Notes: generated by a model not told the origin, from the letters alone. A stretch of DNA of 32,173 nucleotides from Solirubrobacterales bacterium (GCA_016215085.1 JACRMD010000258.1:1-32173); one strand, 5' to 3'; shown: positions 7,949 to 17,397, counted from the first letter of the stretch. Numbers and translations: made by a program.

Positions 7949-10096
7949 GTGGTGGGGCGGGTGCTGGACCGCCGCCGGCTCGTTCTCGCGGCGATGCTGC
8001 TGGCCGGCACCGTCGTGACGCTGGTCTACACGTCGCGCAGCTGGTTCTACGCCGACGACTTCCTCAACTTCCGCGAGGCCTACGACGCCTCGCTCGGCTG
8101 GGACTTCCTCTCGCGGCCGATCTTCCAGCACTTCGCCATCGGCCACCGGTTCGGCGACTGGGCGATGCTCGAGTGGTCGCCGTACAACTGGACGGTCGCG
8201 CTGGTCGTCATGCACGGCGGGATGCTCGTCGCCGCGTTCGCGCTGGTCGGGATCATGGACCGGCTCGCGGGGCGGCACTGGTGGCACCTCGTCCTCGGCT
8301 TCTGGTTCATCGCGTCGTTCGTGTGGGTGCGGTCGATCCAGTGGTGGGCCAACGCGCTGCACGTCGTCCCGTCGATGGTCGGCGCCCTGCTGGCCGTGTA
8401 CTGCGCGGTGCGGGCGTTCGAGCAGCGCGGGTGGAAGTGGCCGCTGCTGTCCGGCCTGTGCCTGGCGTTCGGGCTCGCGTTCTTCGAGAAGGCGGTCTTC
8501 GCGGTCGTCTACGTGGTCCTGCTGCGGCTCGTCGTGTTCGTGCCGCGGTTCTCGGTGCGGTCGCTGTGGACGGCCGTGCGCGGCGACTGGCGGCTGTGGA
8601 CGGCGCTGGCCGTGGTCGCGATCCCGTGGCTGCTCTGGTACGAGACGAAGAACTACGCGGGGGAGACGCAGTCCCCGACCCGGCTGGCGTTCGAGCAGTT
8701 CCTGCGGCTGGACTGGCTGCGGGCCTTCGTGCCGTCGATCTGGGGCGTCCGGGTCCAGCCGGACGCGACCCGCGGGCAGGACGCGGTCGTCGTGCTCGCC
8801 CAGGTCGCGTTCTGGGCCTTCGTGGTGTGGACGCTCTGGCGGCGCCTGGTGGTGTGGCGCGCGTGGGCGTTCTTCTTCATCGCGTTCTTCCTGAACGCGG
8901 CGCTCATCGGGCTGAACCGCGTGGCGATGTTCGGCCCCGGTGTGGCGCTCGACTACCGCTACGCGAGCGAGTACCTCCCGCTCTTCGCGATCACGGTCGC
9001 GCTCGTGCTCTCGGACCGGTGGCCGCGCTTCGCGGCGACGGATCCCGAGGCGGCGGCCGACCGTCCTGTGCCGGCGGCTGTGGCCTCGTCGACCGCGCCC
9101 GAGCCCACCTACGCCGCGGCGACGGCTGGGTCCGCGGCGGCCGTGGGCCGGCACGCCGGCGCCGCTCCGGGCGCGCCCGAGCACGCCGCTTCCTCCGCCG
9201 AGGCAGCGGCCGGCTCCGCTCCCGGCGCGGCCCAGGACGCCGCCTCGACCGAGCCGGCGGCTGACCCGGCGGCCACGGCGCTCCGCATGGGCGCCCCTCC
9301 GGCATCCGGCGCCCCGGACCCGCGCGACGACGGCGACCGGCCGGGCCGCGAGTCCCGCACCGGGCGCCCGCGTGCCCGCCTGATGCCGTCGCTGCCGGTG
9401 GCCGCGGTCGTCGCGGCGCTCTGCGTCGCCTACGTCGCGGCGTCGGCGACCTCCGCGGACGGCTTGGCGGACGAGTGGCCCGCGGCCGGCACCGAGCGCT
9501 ACATCAAGACCCTCGAGACCGACGTCGCCGCCTTCCGCCGCGACCACGACGGCCGCCCGCCGGTCATCTTCGACGAGCCGGTGCCCGAGAGCATCGTGAT
9601 GTCCTGGATGGCGCCGTACAACCTGGCGTCCAAGGTGATCCCGACGCTGGGCCTTGAAGCCGGCTACGGCGAGCCCTCCTCGGACCTCCACGCGGTCGAC
9701 GGCTCAGGGCACCTCGTCAAGCTCACCTTCGTCCCCGGCCGCCCGCCGCTCACCGGCATCCGCAACGGCCAGCTCACCGAGCGCCGCACCAAGGACCACT
9801 GCATCACAGGGCCCACGAGCGCCGAGTTCGTACCCCCGGAGCCCATCGGCGCACCCGCCACGGACCTCCGCGTCCGCGGCACCGCCACCGGCGCCGGCGG
9901 GATGCCGGTCTTCATCGACGAGACCGGCGGCGGCTACCCCGGCTTCGACGTCGGCCAGATCCCTATCCGCGACGGAGCGATCGACTACGGCCTCCGAACC
10001 CGCGACTCCCTCCACCGCATGCGCCTCGACGTCCCGGAAGGCGCACGGTTCTGCATCGGCACGATCGAACTCGGGGACTTCCGCCCGGCCGGGTAG
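7949..10096 (+). CDS. Multi-pass membrane protein, putative GT-C fold glycosyltransferase with C-terminal soluble domain
   Basis: 715 aa with many hydrophobic segments; acidic motif WFYADDF just after the first TM; DYRYASE loop; Ala/Pro-rich insert. The GT-C call is inference. Confidence 0.65.
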   Translation: MVGRVLDRRRLVLAAMLLAGTVVTLVYTSRSWFYADDFLNFREAYDASLGWDFLSRPIFQHFAIGHRFGDWAMLEWSPYNWTVALVVMHGGMLVAAFALVGIMDRLAGRHWWHLVLGFWFIASFVWVRSIQWWANALHVVPSMVGALLAVYCAVRAFEQRGWKWPLLSGLCLAFGLAFFEKAVFAVVYVVLLRLVVFVPRFSVRSLWTAVRGDWRLWTALAVVAIPWLLWYETKNYAGETQSPTRLAFEQFLRLDWLRAFVPSIWGVRVQPDATRGQDAVVVLAQVAFWAFVVWTLWRRLVVWRAWAFFFIAFFLNAALIGLNRVAMFGPGVALDYRYASEYLPLFAITVALVLSDRWPRFAATDPEAAADRPVPAAVASSTAPEPTYAAATAGSAAAVGRHAGAAPGAPEHAASSAEAAAGSAPGAAQDAASTEPAADPAATALRMGAPPASGAPDPRDDGDRPGRESRTGRPRARLMPSLPVAAVVAALCVAYVAASATSADGLADEWPAAGTERYIKTLETDVAAFRRDHDGRPPVIFDEPVPESIVMSWMAPYNLASKVIPTLGLEAGYGEPSSDLHAVDGSGHLVKLTFVPGRPPLTGIRNGQLTERRTKDHCITGPTSAEFVPPEPIGAPATDLRVRGTATGAGGMPVFIDETGGGYPGFDVGQIPIRDGAIDYGLRTRDSLHRMRLDVPEGARFCIGTIELGDFRPAG
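9155..9262 (+). repeat. Imperfect tandem duplication (about 54 bp x 2) inside an Ala/Pro-rich insert
   Basis: Encodes AGAAPGAPEHAASSAEAA then AGSAPGAAQDAASTEPAA; DNA gccggcgccgctccgggcgcg versus gccggctccgctcccggcgcg. Confidence 0.6.
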
Positions 10097-10103
10097 CGCG
10101 TGG

Positions 10104-11672
10104 CTAGCGCGGAGCCCGTCGACCGTAGATGACGATGCCGTTGGAATTGTTTACCGGCAGCCTCGCGACCTCCTTGAGGCGGCCTCGCCGGATGCCTTCC
10201 ATCGCGTAGTCGCCACTCGCGTTAGGCATTAGCACGACCGCGGCTGGAGGCCGAGTCGCGAGGTCACGTGCAACATCCGGCTGTCGCGGCGGGAACATCA
10301 CGATCGGGAAGATCCAGCGTGACGCTGGCTTCCGGTGTGCAAGCCAGTAGATCGCTTGACCGGAGCCGTTCGAGGCGACATCTGTGACTACGTATATCCG
10401 CTCGTCTGGCTTGGTGATCCGGTCGAGGATTGCGGCGGCCTTCTTCTGCTGCAGCAGGTGCGGCGCTGCGCGAGAGCCGAGTGGATCGTCTGCCCTTACG
10501 GCGAGGTCCGTCCGAACTGGGACGAGCCAGAACGTCGCAGCGATGGGGACAACGGCCAAGCCCGCGAGCGCTACTGTGCTTCGGTCGAATCGAGCGGTCT
10601 CGCTCGCACGACTACCCATCAGTTGCGTACGCACCGCGTGCGTCGCGACGCCAAACAGTACGGCGCTTGGGGGTACCAGCGAGATGAAGTAGTGATACCA
10701 GTCGCGCACGCCCAGTTTGACGCCCGCCCAGGCCGCGAACCACCATGCGAGGCCGAGCAAACCGAACCGACGGAGCGGCGGCCGCAGGCCGGTTAGCGCG
10801 CCCAGGCCCAGTGCGCCGAAGAAGAAGAAGTCAGCAGGGCTCTTGAGCAGCAACTCAACGTGCGCCCGCCAACCTGTTATCGAACCCAATCCTGCGTCCA
10901 CATATGTCCGGTTGTAATCAACCGCGCCGCGAACCATGTCGCTCCAGAGGCCCGCCGCAGCGAAGGGCACCAAGATGATCGCCGTGGTCACGACTCCGGC
11001 CAGCGTCCACGCCACGAAGCCCCTCCAGCGCGTCGCGGTGTTCATGAGCAAGAGGACTGCTGCGATTGGAAGTATCAAACCCAGAACAGGCTTGACCAGT
11101 ACCGTCGCCGCTAGCAGCACTCCCGAGAAGGCCGCCTCCCTAACGCGTCCAGACACGCGAAAACTATCGGCCAAGTCGAGCGTGCCAACGACAAACGGAA
11201 GCGTCAGTTGCTCGAGATTTGGATCGGTCCCCTCGATGAGATCGCTCGAGGCTGCGATCGCGTACACGACAGCAGCTACCCACGCCGTAGTGGCGTCCGA
11301 ATTGCGCTCGACCAGCCGGATGAAGTGCCAAAGCGACCAGACAAACAGCGCGAACAGGAGGAGGTGAACGAGCAGATAGCTTCCAAAAGGGGCGACCGGC
11401 ACGAACAGCAAGTATGTGAGCGGCCCCTTGTGGTCGAAGATGTCTCTGTAAGGGGCCGCGCCGTGTAGGAGACCGTCGGAAATGGTGAGGTAAACGGACG
11501 GGTCTACCGACAACGGGTCGCGGAGTGAGGGCATCCGGACCAGGAGTGCAATGACCGCAGATGCAAGGAGGGGCTGGGCAAGGCGGTTGCCCGCGCGGTG
11601 CAGGATCATGCCGTGGCGCGATGCGGTCGCGTGCGGGTCACCGCTAGACGGGGACAGACTCGTGGTTGCCAT
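10104..11672 (-). CDS. GT-C fold (ArnT/PMT-like) membrane glycosyltransferase, lower GC
   Basis: Likely start ATG 11672, 2 nt after the upstream stop. SVDPSVY and PYRDIFDHKGPL in the first loop, NLEQ, LVKP, WYHYF; many TM segments. Confidence 0.72.
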   Translation of the reverse strand: MATTSLSPSSGDPHATASRHGMILHRAGNRLAQPLLASAVIALLVRMPSLRDPLSVDPSVYLTISDGLLHGAAPYRDIFDHKGPLTYLLFVPVAPFGSYLLVHLLLFALFVWSLWHFIRLVERNSDATTAWVAAVVYAIAASSDLIEGTDPNLEQLTLPFVVGTLDLADSFRVSGRVREAAFSGVLLAATVLVKPVLGLILPIAAVLLLMNTATRWRGFVAWTLAGVVTTAIILVPFAAAGLWSDMVRGAVDYNRTYVDAGLGSITGWRAHVELLLKSPADFFFFGALGLGALTGLRPPLRRFGLLGLAWWFAAWAGVKLGVRDWYHYFISLVPPSAVLFGVATHAVRTQLMGSRASETARFDRSTVALAGLAVVPIAATFWLVPVRTDLAVRADDPLGSRAAPHLLQQKKAAAILDRITKPDERIYVVTDVASNGSGQAIYWLAHRKPASRWIFPIVMFPPRQPDVARDLATRPPAAVVLMPNASGDYAMEGIRRGRLKEVARLPVNNSNGIVIYGRRAPR

Positions 11673-11674
11673 GG

Positions 11675-14035
11675 TCAAGGTCCAGTTCGGTAGATCACGG
11701 TGCCACGTGAGGAGAACACAGGCTCGCCTGCGACGCCGCGCCATTTAGCCAGATTCGGTTCGCCGAAGCGCAAACGCTCGGATGCCCCGATAACCACATA
11801 GGCAACGCGATAGCGGCGTAGCAGCTGTGTAGTCCGCGATAGGGACGAAGCGGTGAAGATCTCGTCAATTTCAGTGGCTCGCTTCGGAAGGCGGCGAGAC
11901 TGGACGAGTTCATGTTCAGGTCCCATGTACGGCGTGGGAAGTCCGGTGTACGCGGAGATTCGGCCGTAGGGCAAAGGAGAGTACTCCGGGCCCGGGGCCT
12001 CGAGGACGACGGGGCGGGAGGTTCCGGTGTGGGCACGGAGCCAGCCGATTGCGTCGACGTCGCCGGGGGCGCCGGCGAGGAGCCACGCGATGCCGTTGAG
12101 GGTCGGGTCGGGGCGGGAGAAGTCGGCCGTGCGGGCCTGGGGGCCGACGACGAGGAAGGGGAGGCACACCACGGCGAGGGCGGCGAGGCCGGTCGCCCAC
12201 GCGAGGGGTGCGGAGCGGCGGGCGCGCGAGGGCGCGGGGGCGGCGCGGCGGACGAGGGCGACCGCGAAGAGGGCGCCGCCGAGGACCGCGAGGAGGAGCC
12301 ACGCGTGGTAGGTGAACTTGAAGACCGTGTTGGTGCGGTAGTTGATCGAGCCCGCGAAGTAGTCGCGGACGTAGACGGCCTCGGGGAGCAGGAGCGAGAC
12401 GACGCCCGCGGCGCCGACGAGGCCGCAGAAGCGGACGGCGGCGCCCGAGTGCGCGTCGAAGGCGACGCCGAGGGCGACGGCGGCGGGCACGAGCAGAAGG
12501 GCGGCGGGGCCGGCGAGGAGCCAGCCGGGCAGCACGGCCACGGCACCGGCTGCGAGCCAGCGGAGGTCGTGGGCGCGGGATTCGCGCGCGGTCCACAACC
12601 GCCAGGCCGTCGCGCCGAGCACGACCCAGAGCCCGATGGCCTGCGTGTGGAGCTGGTCGGTGAACCACTGGCGCAGCCCGGGGTGGTCGGTGACGCGGCC
12701 GATGCCGTCCACCGGCGCGTCGAAGGACAGGACGAACGGCAGCGCGATCAGGTACCCGGCCACCAGCGGGCCGACGCCCCACGCCGCCGCCTGCAGCAGC
12801 CGCGACCGCAGGGGGCCGTGCGCCGCCGCGAGGCCGGCGCCCGCGAAGAGGCATGCGGTGATCGGCAGCGACCAGGTGCTCGTCGCGTGCATCGCCGCCA
12901 GGCAGGCCGCCGCGGCGAGGCCGACCGCCCAGCGCGCGCCGCCGAGGGCGATGCGCAGCGCGACCCCGACCGCCAGCAGGAAGAAGGGCACGATGAGCAT
13001 GTGCGCGTGGAGGTCGCCGAGCACGAGCGAGAAGAGCGGGAACTCGTTGATCGTCCCGGGCACGACGCGCGAGACCTCGAACCACTTGAACTGCGCGATC
13101 GGCCCGTCGTGGCGCAGCCAGTCCAGCGTGCTCTGCAGGTTGCCGACGAAGGCCACGAGCACCGCGCCCATGAGTCCCGCGACGACCACGGGCCACACCC
13201 GCGGCGCCGGAGCGGTACCGGCGGCCGCGGCGCCGGCGGGCTCAGACGCGGGCGGCCGCTCGAGCGTCGCCGTGGTGCCCTCGCGCACGAAGCGGTCGCG
13301 GCGGTGCGGCGGCACGAGGCGGACGGCGTCGGCGCCGCGGGCGAAGCGGCCGCCGGACGGGGCCGGCTTCCCCGCAGGAGCCGCGGAGGGCGTCTCCGCC
13401 ATCGGACCGCCGCCGCCGAGCAGCGCCCCCGCGATCCCGGCGCTGACCGCGTACGCCGACGACGCGAAGAGCCCCGCCCACAGTGCCGTCGCGGCGTTGT
13501 ACGCGAACCACGGCGCCGCACCCGACGGCAGCGACGTGATCATCGCGACGAAGTGGCCGAAGTAGTAGTAGTTGAGGTCCAGCCCCGAGGCCCACGGGTC
13601 CATCGGTGGCAGGCCGCCGTCGCGCATGAGCGACGTCCAGACGGCCATGTCGAACATCTTCTCGTTGGCCACCACGTCCGGCATGTACGCCCGGACGCCC
13701 AGCGCGCCGACGCACGTCACGACGAACAACGCCTCCGAGACGACCAGCGACCGCAGCACCACCCGGTCGCGGAGCAGCGCGCGCCCCGCGGGCCGCCACC
13801 ACGCCCACGCGCCCGCGACGACGAGCACCAGGAACAGCGCGATCGCCAGGCCGCGCGTCGGCGTCACGCCCAGCCACTTCAGCCAGAACGCGACGAACGC
13901 GACCGCCAGCAGGGCGATCGGCCGCGCGAACGCGACACCGCGGTCGGCCAGCGGCGCGAACAGCGCCGCCGCGAACGGCACCGCCGCCAGCCCGGCGATC
14001 CCGGCGGTCAGCAGGATGAGCGCCGCGTCGCGCAC
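11675..14035 (-). CDS. DUF2298 / Chlor_Arch_YYY family membrane protein
   Basis: 786-aa hydrophobic protein with family motifs NEKMFD, PPMDPW, LNYYYFGH, TINEFP, GDLHAH, RTNTVFKF, SAYTGLPT. Confidence 0.85.
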   Translation of the reverse strand: MRDAALILLTAGIAGLAAVPFAAALFAPLADRGVAFARPIALLAVAFVAFWLKWLGVTPTRGLAIALFLVLVVAGAWAWWRPAGRALLRDRVVLRSLVVSEALFVVTCVGALGVRAYMPDVVANEKMFDMAVWTSLMRDGGLPPMDPWASGLDLNYYYFGHFVAMITSLPSGAAPWFAYNAATALWAGLFASSAYAVSAGIAGALLGGGGPMAETPSAAPAGKPAPSGGRFARGADAVRLVPPHRRDRFVREGTTATLERPPASEPAGAAAAGTAPAPRVWPVVVAGLMGAVLVAFVGNLQSTLDWLRHDGPIAQFKWFEVSRVVPGTINEFPLFSLVLGDLHAHMLIVPFFLLAVGVALRIALGGARWAVGLAAAACLAAMHATSTWSLPITACLFAGAGLAAAHGPLRSRLLQAAAWGVGPLVAGYLIALPFVLSFDAPVDGIGRVTDHPGLRQWFTDQLHTQAIGLWVVLGATAWRLWTARESRAHDLRWLAAGAVAVLPGWLLAGPAALLLVPAAVALGVAFDAHSGAAVRFCGLVGAAGVVSLLLPEAVYVRDYFAGSINYRTNTVFKFTYHAWLLLAVLGGALFAVALVRRAAPAPSRARRSAPLAWATGLAALAVVCLPFLVVGPQARTADFSRPDPTLNGIAWLLAGAPGDVDAIGWLRAHTGTSRPVVLEAPGPEYSPLPYGRISAYTGLPTPYMGPEHELVQSRRLPKRATEIDEIFTASSLSRTTQLLRRYRVAYVVIGASERLRFGEPNLAKWRGVAGEPVFSSRGTVIYRTGP

Positions 14036-14039
14036 GGAC

Positions 14040-15065
14040 CTAGCCGAGCTTCGCGGGGTCGGGGGCGGGCACCGGGTCCTCGCGGTCGAGCACCGGCGTG
14101 AGGTGCGTCGTGGGCACGTGGTGCTCGCCGCGCACGACGACGTCGCGCACCAGGTACAGCGGCCGTCGCTTGAGCTCGTCGTACATGCGCCCGAGGTACT
14201 CGCCGACGATCCCGAGCGTCAGCAGCTGCACGCCGCCGAGGAAGCACACCAGGATGATCACCGTCGCGATGCCGGGCACGTAGATCCCGGTCACCCGGGC
14301 GATCACCGCCAGCGGCAGCCCCAGGAACGCGAGCGCCGCGAAGAAGAACCCCAGGTACGAGGCGAGCCGCAGCGGCACGTGCGAGAACGACGTCAGGCCG
14401 TCGATGGCGAACCGCACGAGCTTGCGGATCGGGTACTTCGTCTCGCCGGCCAAGCGCGGGTCGCGCTGGTAGGAGACGTCGGCCGAGGCGAAGCCGGTCC
14501 AGGCCGTCATGCCACGCAGGTAGCGCGCGCGCTCGGGCATGGCGCGGACGACGTCGACGGCACGACGGTCCATGAGGCGGAAGTCGCCGGTGTTCGCCGC
14601 GTAGTCGACGCCGGTCCACCGCCCGAGGAGCCGGTAGAAGCCCCCGATCGCCGTCAGCCGCCACCGCGGCTCGCCGGTGCGCTCGCCGCGGACCGCCCGC
14701 ACGATGTCGTTGCCCGCCCGCCACTGCTCGACGAGCGCGGGGATGAGCTCCGGCGGGTCCTGCAGGTCGGCGTCGATCGTCACGACGACGTCGCCGCGCG
14801 CCGCGTCCATCCCCGCCGTGAGCGCCGCCTGGTGCCCCCATGACCGCGTGAGGTGCACGGCGGTCACCCGCGGGTCGCGCGCCGAGAGCTCGTCGAGCAG
14901 CATCGGCGTCGCGTCCGAGGACCCGTCGTCGACGGCGATCAGCTCCCAGGCGAACCCCTCGAGCGCCGCCTCCAGCCGGCGGTGCAGCTCGGGCAGGACC
15001 TCCTGCTCGTCGAGCATCGGCACGACGACGCTCAGCAGCACCGGGTCCTGGGCGCGGGAGGTCAT
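14040..15065 (-). CDS. GT2 GtrB-like undecaprenyl-phosphate glycosyltransferase
   Basis: VDDGSSD, GHQAALTAG, IDADLQDPPE, TGDFRLMDR, two C-terminal TMs, GEYLGRMYDELKRRPLY. Confidence 0.9.
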   Translation of the reverse strand: MTSRAQDPVLLSVVVPMLDEQEVLPELHRRLEAALEGFAWELIAVDDGSSDATPMLLDELSARDPRVTAVHLTRSWGHQAALTAGMDAARGDVVVTIDADLQDPPELIPALVEQWRAGNDIVRAVRGERTGEPRWRLTAIGGFYRLLGRWTGVDYAANTGDFRLMDRRAVDVVRAMPERARYLRGMTAWTGFASADVSYQRDPRLAGETKYPIRKLVRFAIDGLTSFSHVPLRLASYLGFFFAALAFLGLPLAVIARVTGIYVPGIATVIILVCFLGGVQLLTLGIVGEYLGRMYDELKRRPLYLVRDVVVRGEHHVPTTHLTPVLDREDPVPAPDPAKLG

Positions 15066-16426
15066 GCCGGCGTGAGCGCGCGCAGCCTCCGGGCTGCGTC
15101 CTCACCCAGCCGCACCGCGTAGTTGGTCCCTCGATCCTCGGGGTAGATCTGCGTCGTGTTGGCGAGCAGGAGGCCCGGCACGCCGGTCTCCAGCGGCGGG
15201 ATGCGCTCGGGGTAGCCGACCGTCACGATCGGCTGGCCCGCGGGCTCGCGGAAGAGCCACCGGTTCTTGACCCACTCCTTCGAGAAGGCGGGGTTGACCT
15301 TGCGCAGGCCGGCCTCGTAGTGGGACAGCAGCTCGTCGGGACCGAGCGTCAGCAGCTCCTCGTGCGGCTCGAGGTAGTTCGAGACGTACAGGAAGCGCCG
15401 GCCGCCGTAGTGCGCGGGCGAGATGAAGTTGGTGTGCTCGATCAGGCCGATGAACGGCAGCGACGGGTCGGCCACGTTCGTCCAGTAGAACGGCGAGAAC
15501 TGCCGGTCGAGCTCGAGCAGCAGCACGAACGCCGTGTGGTACTCGATCGACTGCAGCTTGTCCGTGTAGCCGGGCGCCAGCGCCTCGCGCGCGTCGTCGT
15601 CGAGCAGCTCGAGGAAGACGTCGTTGGGGACCGTGGCGAGGATCGAGTCGTAGCGCTCGCCCTCGCCCTCGGGCTCGAACTCGCGCGGGTCGAGCCCGCG
15701 GCGGAACGACTGCGGCGCGCCCGGGGTGATGACCAGGTCCTTCGAGATCCGCGCCGCCGGGCGGTCGATCATGACCCGGCCGCCGTTGGCCTCGATGCGG
15801 TCGCGCAGCGCCACGTACAGCGGCTCGAAGTTCGGCATCGGGTAGCCGAGCAGCTCCTTGCGCGCCTCCTTGCCCTCGAGCCGGCGGCGCATGGTGAGCT
15901 TGCCCCACAGCCAGGCCATCGAGATGTCCTGGGCGCGCGAGCCGAACTTCGCCCGCAGCAGCGGACCCCAGATCTTGGTCCAGGGCCGCTCGCCCATCTC
16001 GCGCACGATCCACTCGTGGGCGGTCTCGTGCTCGTAGGCCTCGACCGGCTTGCCGGCGCGCTGCAGCCGCAGAACGGTGAGCCCCATCTTGATGCGGTCC
16101 AGCAGGGGCAGCGGCGAGAACTTCAGGAGGTCCAGCGGCGTGGTGAACGCCCGCGACTTCCCGTCGACGAAGAACGCCATCGAGGACGGCTGCCACTCGA
16201 TCGGCCCGAGCTCGAGCTCGTTCCAGAGGTCGACGATGTGCCGGTCGCTGGTGAACCAGTGGTGGTAGTAGCGCTCGAGCAGCACGCCGTCGCCGACGTC
16301 CAGGGTGGCGCCCTGGCCGCCCAGGCCGGGCCAGCGCTCGTAGACGTCGACCTCGTGGCCCTCCTGGGAGAGCCGGTACGCGGCGACCAGGCCGGCGACG
16401 CCGGCTCCGACGATCCCGATCCTCAT
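15062..16426 (-). CDS. NAD(P)/FAD-dependent oxidoreductase (amine oxidase/protoporphyrinogen oxidase superfamily)
   Basis: Real start ATG 16426 (ATGA overlap). MRIGIVGAGVAGL dinucleotide fold, LGG, ERYYHHWF, C-terminal YPEDRGTNYAV. Confidence 0.85.
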   Translation of the reverse strand: MRIGIVGAGVAGLVAAYRLSQEGHEVDVYERWPGLGGQGATLDVGDGVLLERYYHHWFTSDRHIVDLWNELELGPIEWQPSSMAFFVDGKSRAFTTPLDLLKFSPLPLLDRIKMGLTVLRLQRAGKPVEAYEHETAHEWIVREMGERPWTKIWGPLLRAKFGSRAQDISMAWLWGKLTMRRRLEGKEARKELLGYPMPNFEPLYVALRDRIEANGGRVMIDRPAARISKDLVITPGAPQSFRRGLDPREFEPEGEGERYDSILATVPNDVFLELLDDDAREALAPGYTDKLQSIEYHTAFVLLLELDRQFSPFYWTNVADPSLPFIGLIEHTNFISPAHYGGRRFLYVSNYLEPHEELLTLGPDELLSHYEAGLRKVNPAFSKEWVKNRWLFREPAGQPIVTVGYPERIPPLETGVPGLLLANTTQIYPEDRGTNYAVRLGEDAARRLRALTPA

Positions 16427-17397
16427 GCCGTGCGCAGGCGCTTCAGCCCGCCGTAGCGGGTGGCGACGAGGACGAGACCGGCGGCGGTGATGGGGACGAG
16501 CAGGACGAACCTCACGAGGATCAGGTAGGAGACGGCGGCGGATGACGTCCCGCCGATGGCCTTGATGCCGATGACGGCGGCGGCGTCCTGGGTGCCGGCG
16601 TAGCCGGGCCCGGACGGGATCATCGAGAACATGCTTGCAAGCGCGACGAGGTAGAAGCTCTCCAGCACGCTCATGTCGATGTTGGCGGCGGCGCCGACCG
16701 AGCCCCAGACGCCCGCCTCGACGGTCCAGATGAGCATGGTGATGGCGACCATCGTCGCCCCGTGGCGGCCCCGGAGGGCCAGCGTCGAGGCGAGCATCGG
16801 CGCGACGAACGCCCGCACCTTGGCGAGCAGCCCGCGGCGGTGCAGGGTCAGGACGGCGACGGCGAGGCAGACGAGCGCGATCGCGGCGCCCACGAGCAGC
16901 CAGGTCAGGGTCCGGCCTTCGGGCAGGCCGGCGCCGTGCGCGATGGTGACCGCCAGGACGACGAAGAGCACCACGAGCACGGCGATGTCGAGCAGCCGCT
17001 CGGCGAGCAGGGTGCCGATGACCGTGCGGCGGCTGGCGTCCGAGCGCGGGGCGCCGAGCATCACGCGGAAGACGTCGCCGCCGCGCGCGGGCAGCACGTT
17101 GTTGCCCATGTAGCCCACGACGGTGAGCCCGTAGGCGTCGGCGCGCGGCATGTCGCCGCCCTGGTCGTGGATGAGGATCTTCCAGCGCTCGGCGCGCAGC
17201 GCGGTCGCGACGCCGTAGAGCAGGATCGCCAGCAGGAGCGCCCCGACGTCCTCGCGCGTGTCGGGCAGGTCGGGCGCGGGCTGCTTGGCCGCCCACCAGA
17301 CGACCGCCGCGACGCAGACCAGCGAGACGGCGACGCCGGCCCACTGCAGCAGCGGCGAGCCGCGCTTGGCCGCGGGCTCAGGCGACGTCGTGCTCAT
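16423..17397 (-). CDS. Lysylphosphatidylglycerol synthase TM-domain (UPF0104, flippase-like) protein
   Basis: LRAERW, GYMGNNVLPARGGDVFR, ERLLD, IPSGPGYAGT motifs; about 8 TM segments. Confidence 0.85.
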   Translation of the reverse strand: MSTTSPEPAAKRGSPLLQWAGVAVSLVCVAAVVWWAAKQPAPDLPDTREDVGALLLAILLYGVATALRAERWKILIHDQGGDMPRADAYGLTVVGYMGNNVLPARGGDVFRVMLGAPRSDASRRTVIGTLLAERLLDIAVLVVLFVVLAVTIAHGAGLPEGRTLTWLLVGAAIALVCLAVAVLTLHRRGLLAKVRAFVAPMLASTLALRGRHGATMVAITMLIWTVEAGVWGSVGAAANIDMSVLESFYLVALASMFSMIPSGPGYAGTQDAAAVIGIKAIGGTSSAAVSYLILVRFVLLVPITAAGLVLVATRYGGLKRLRTA

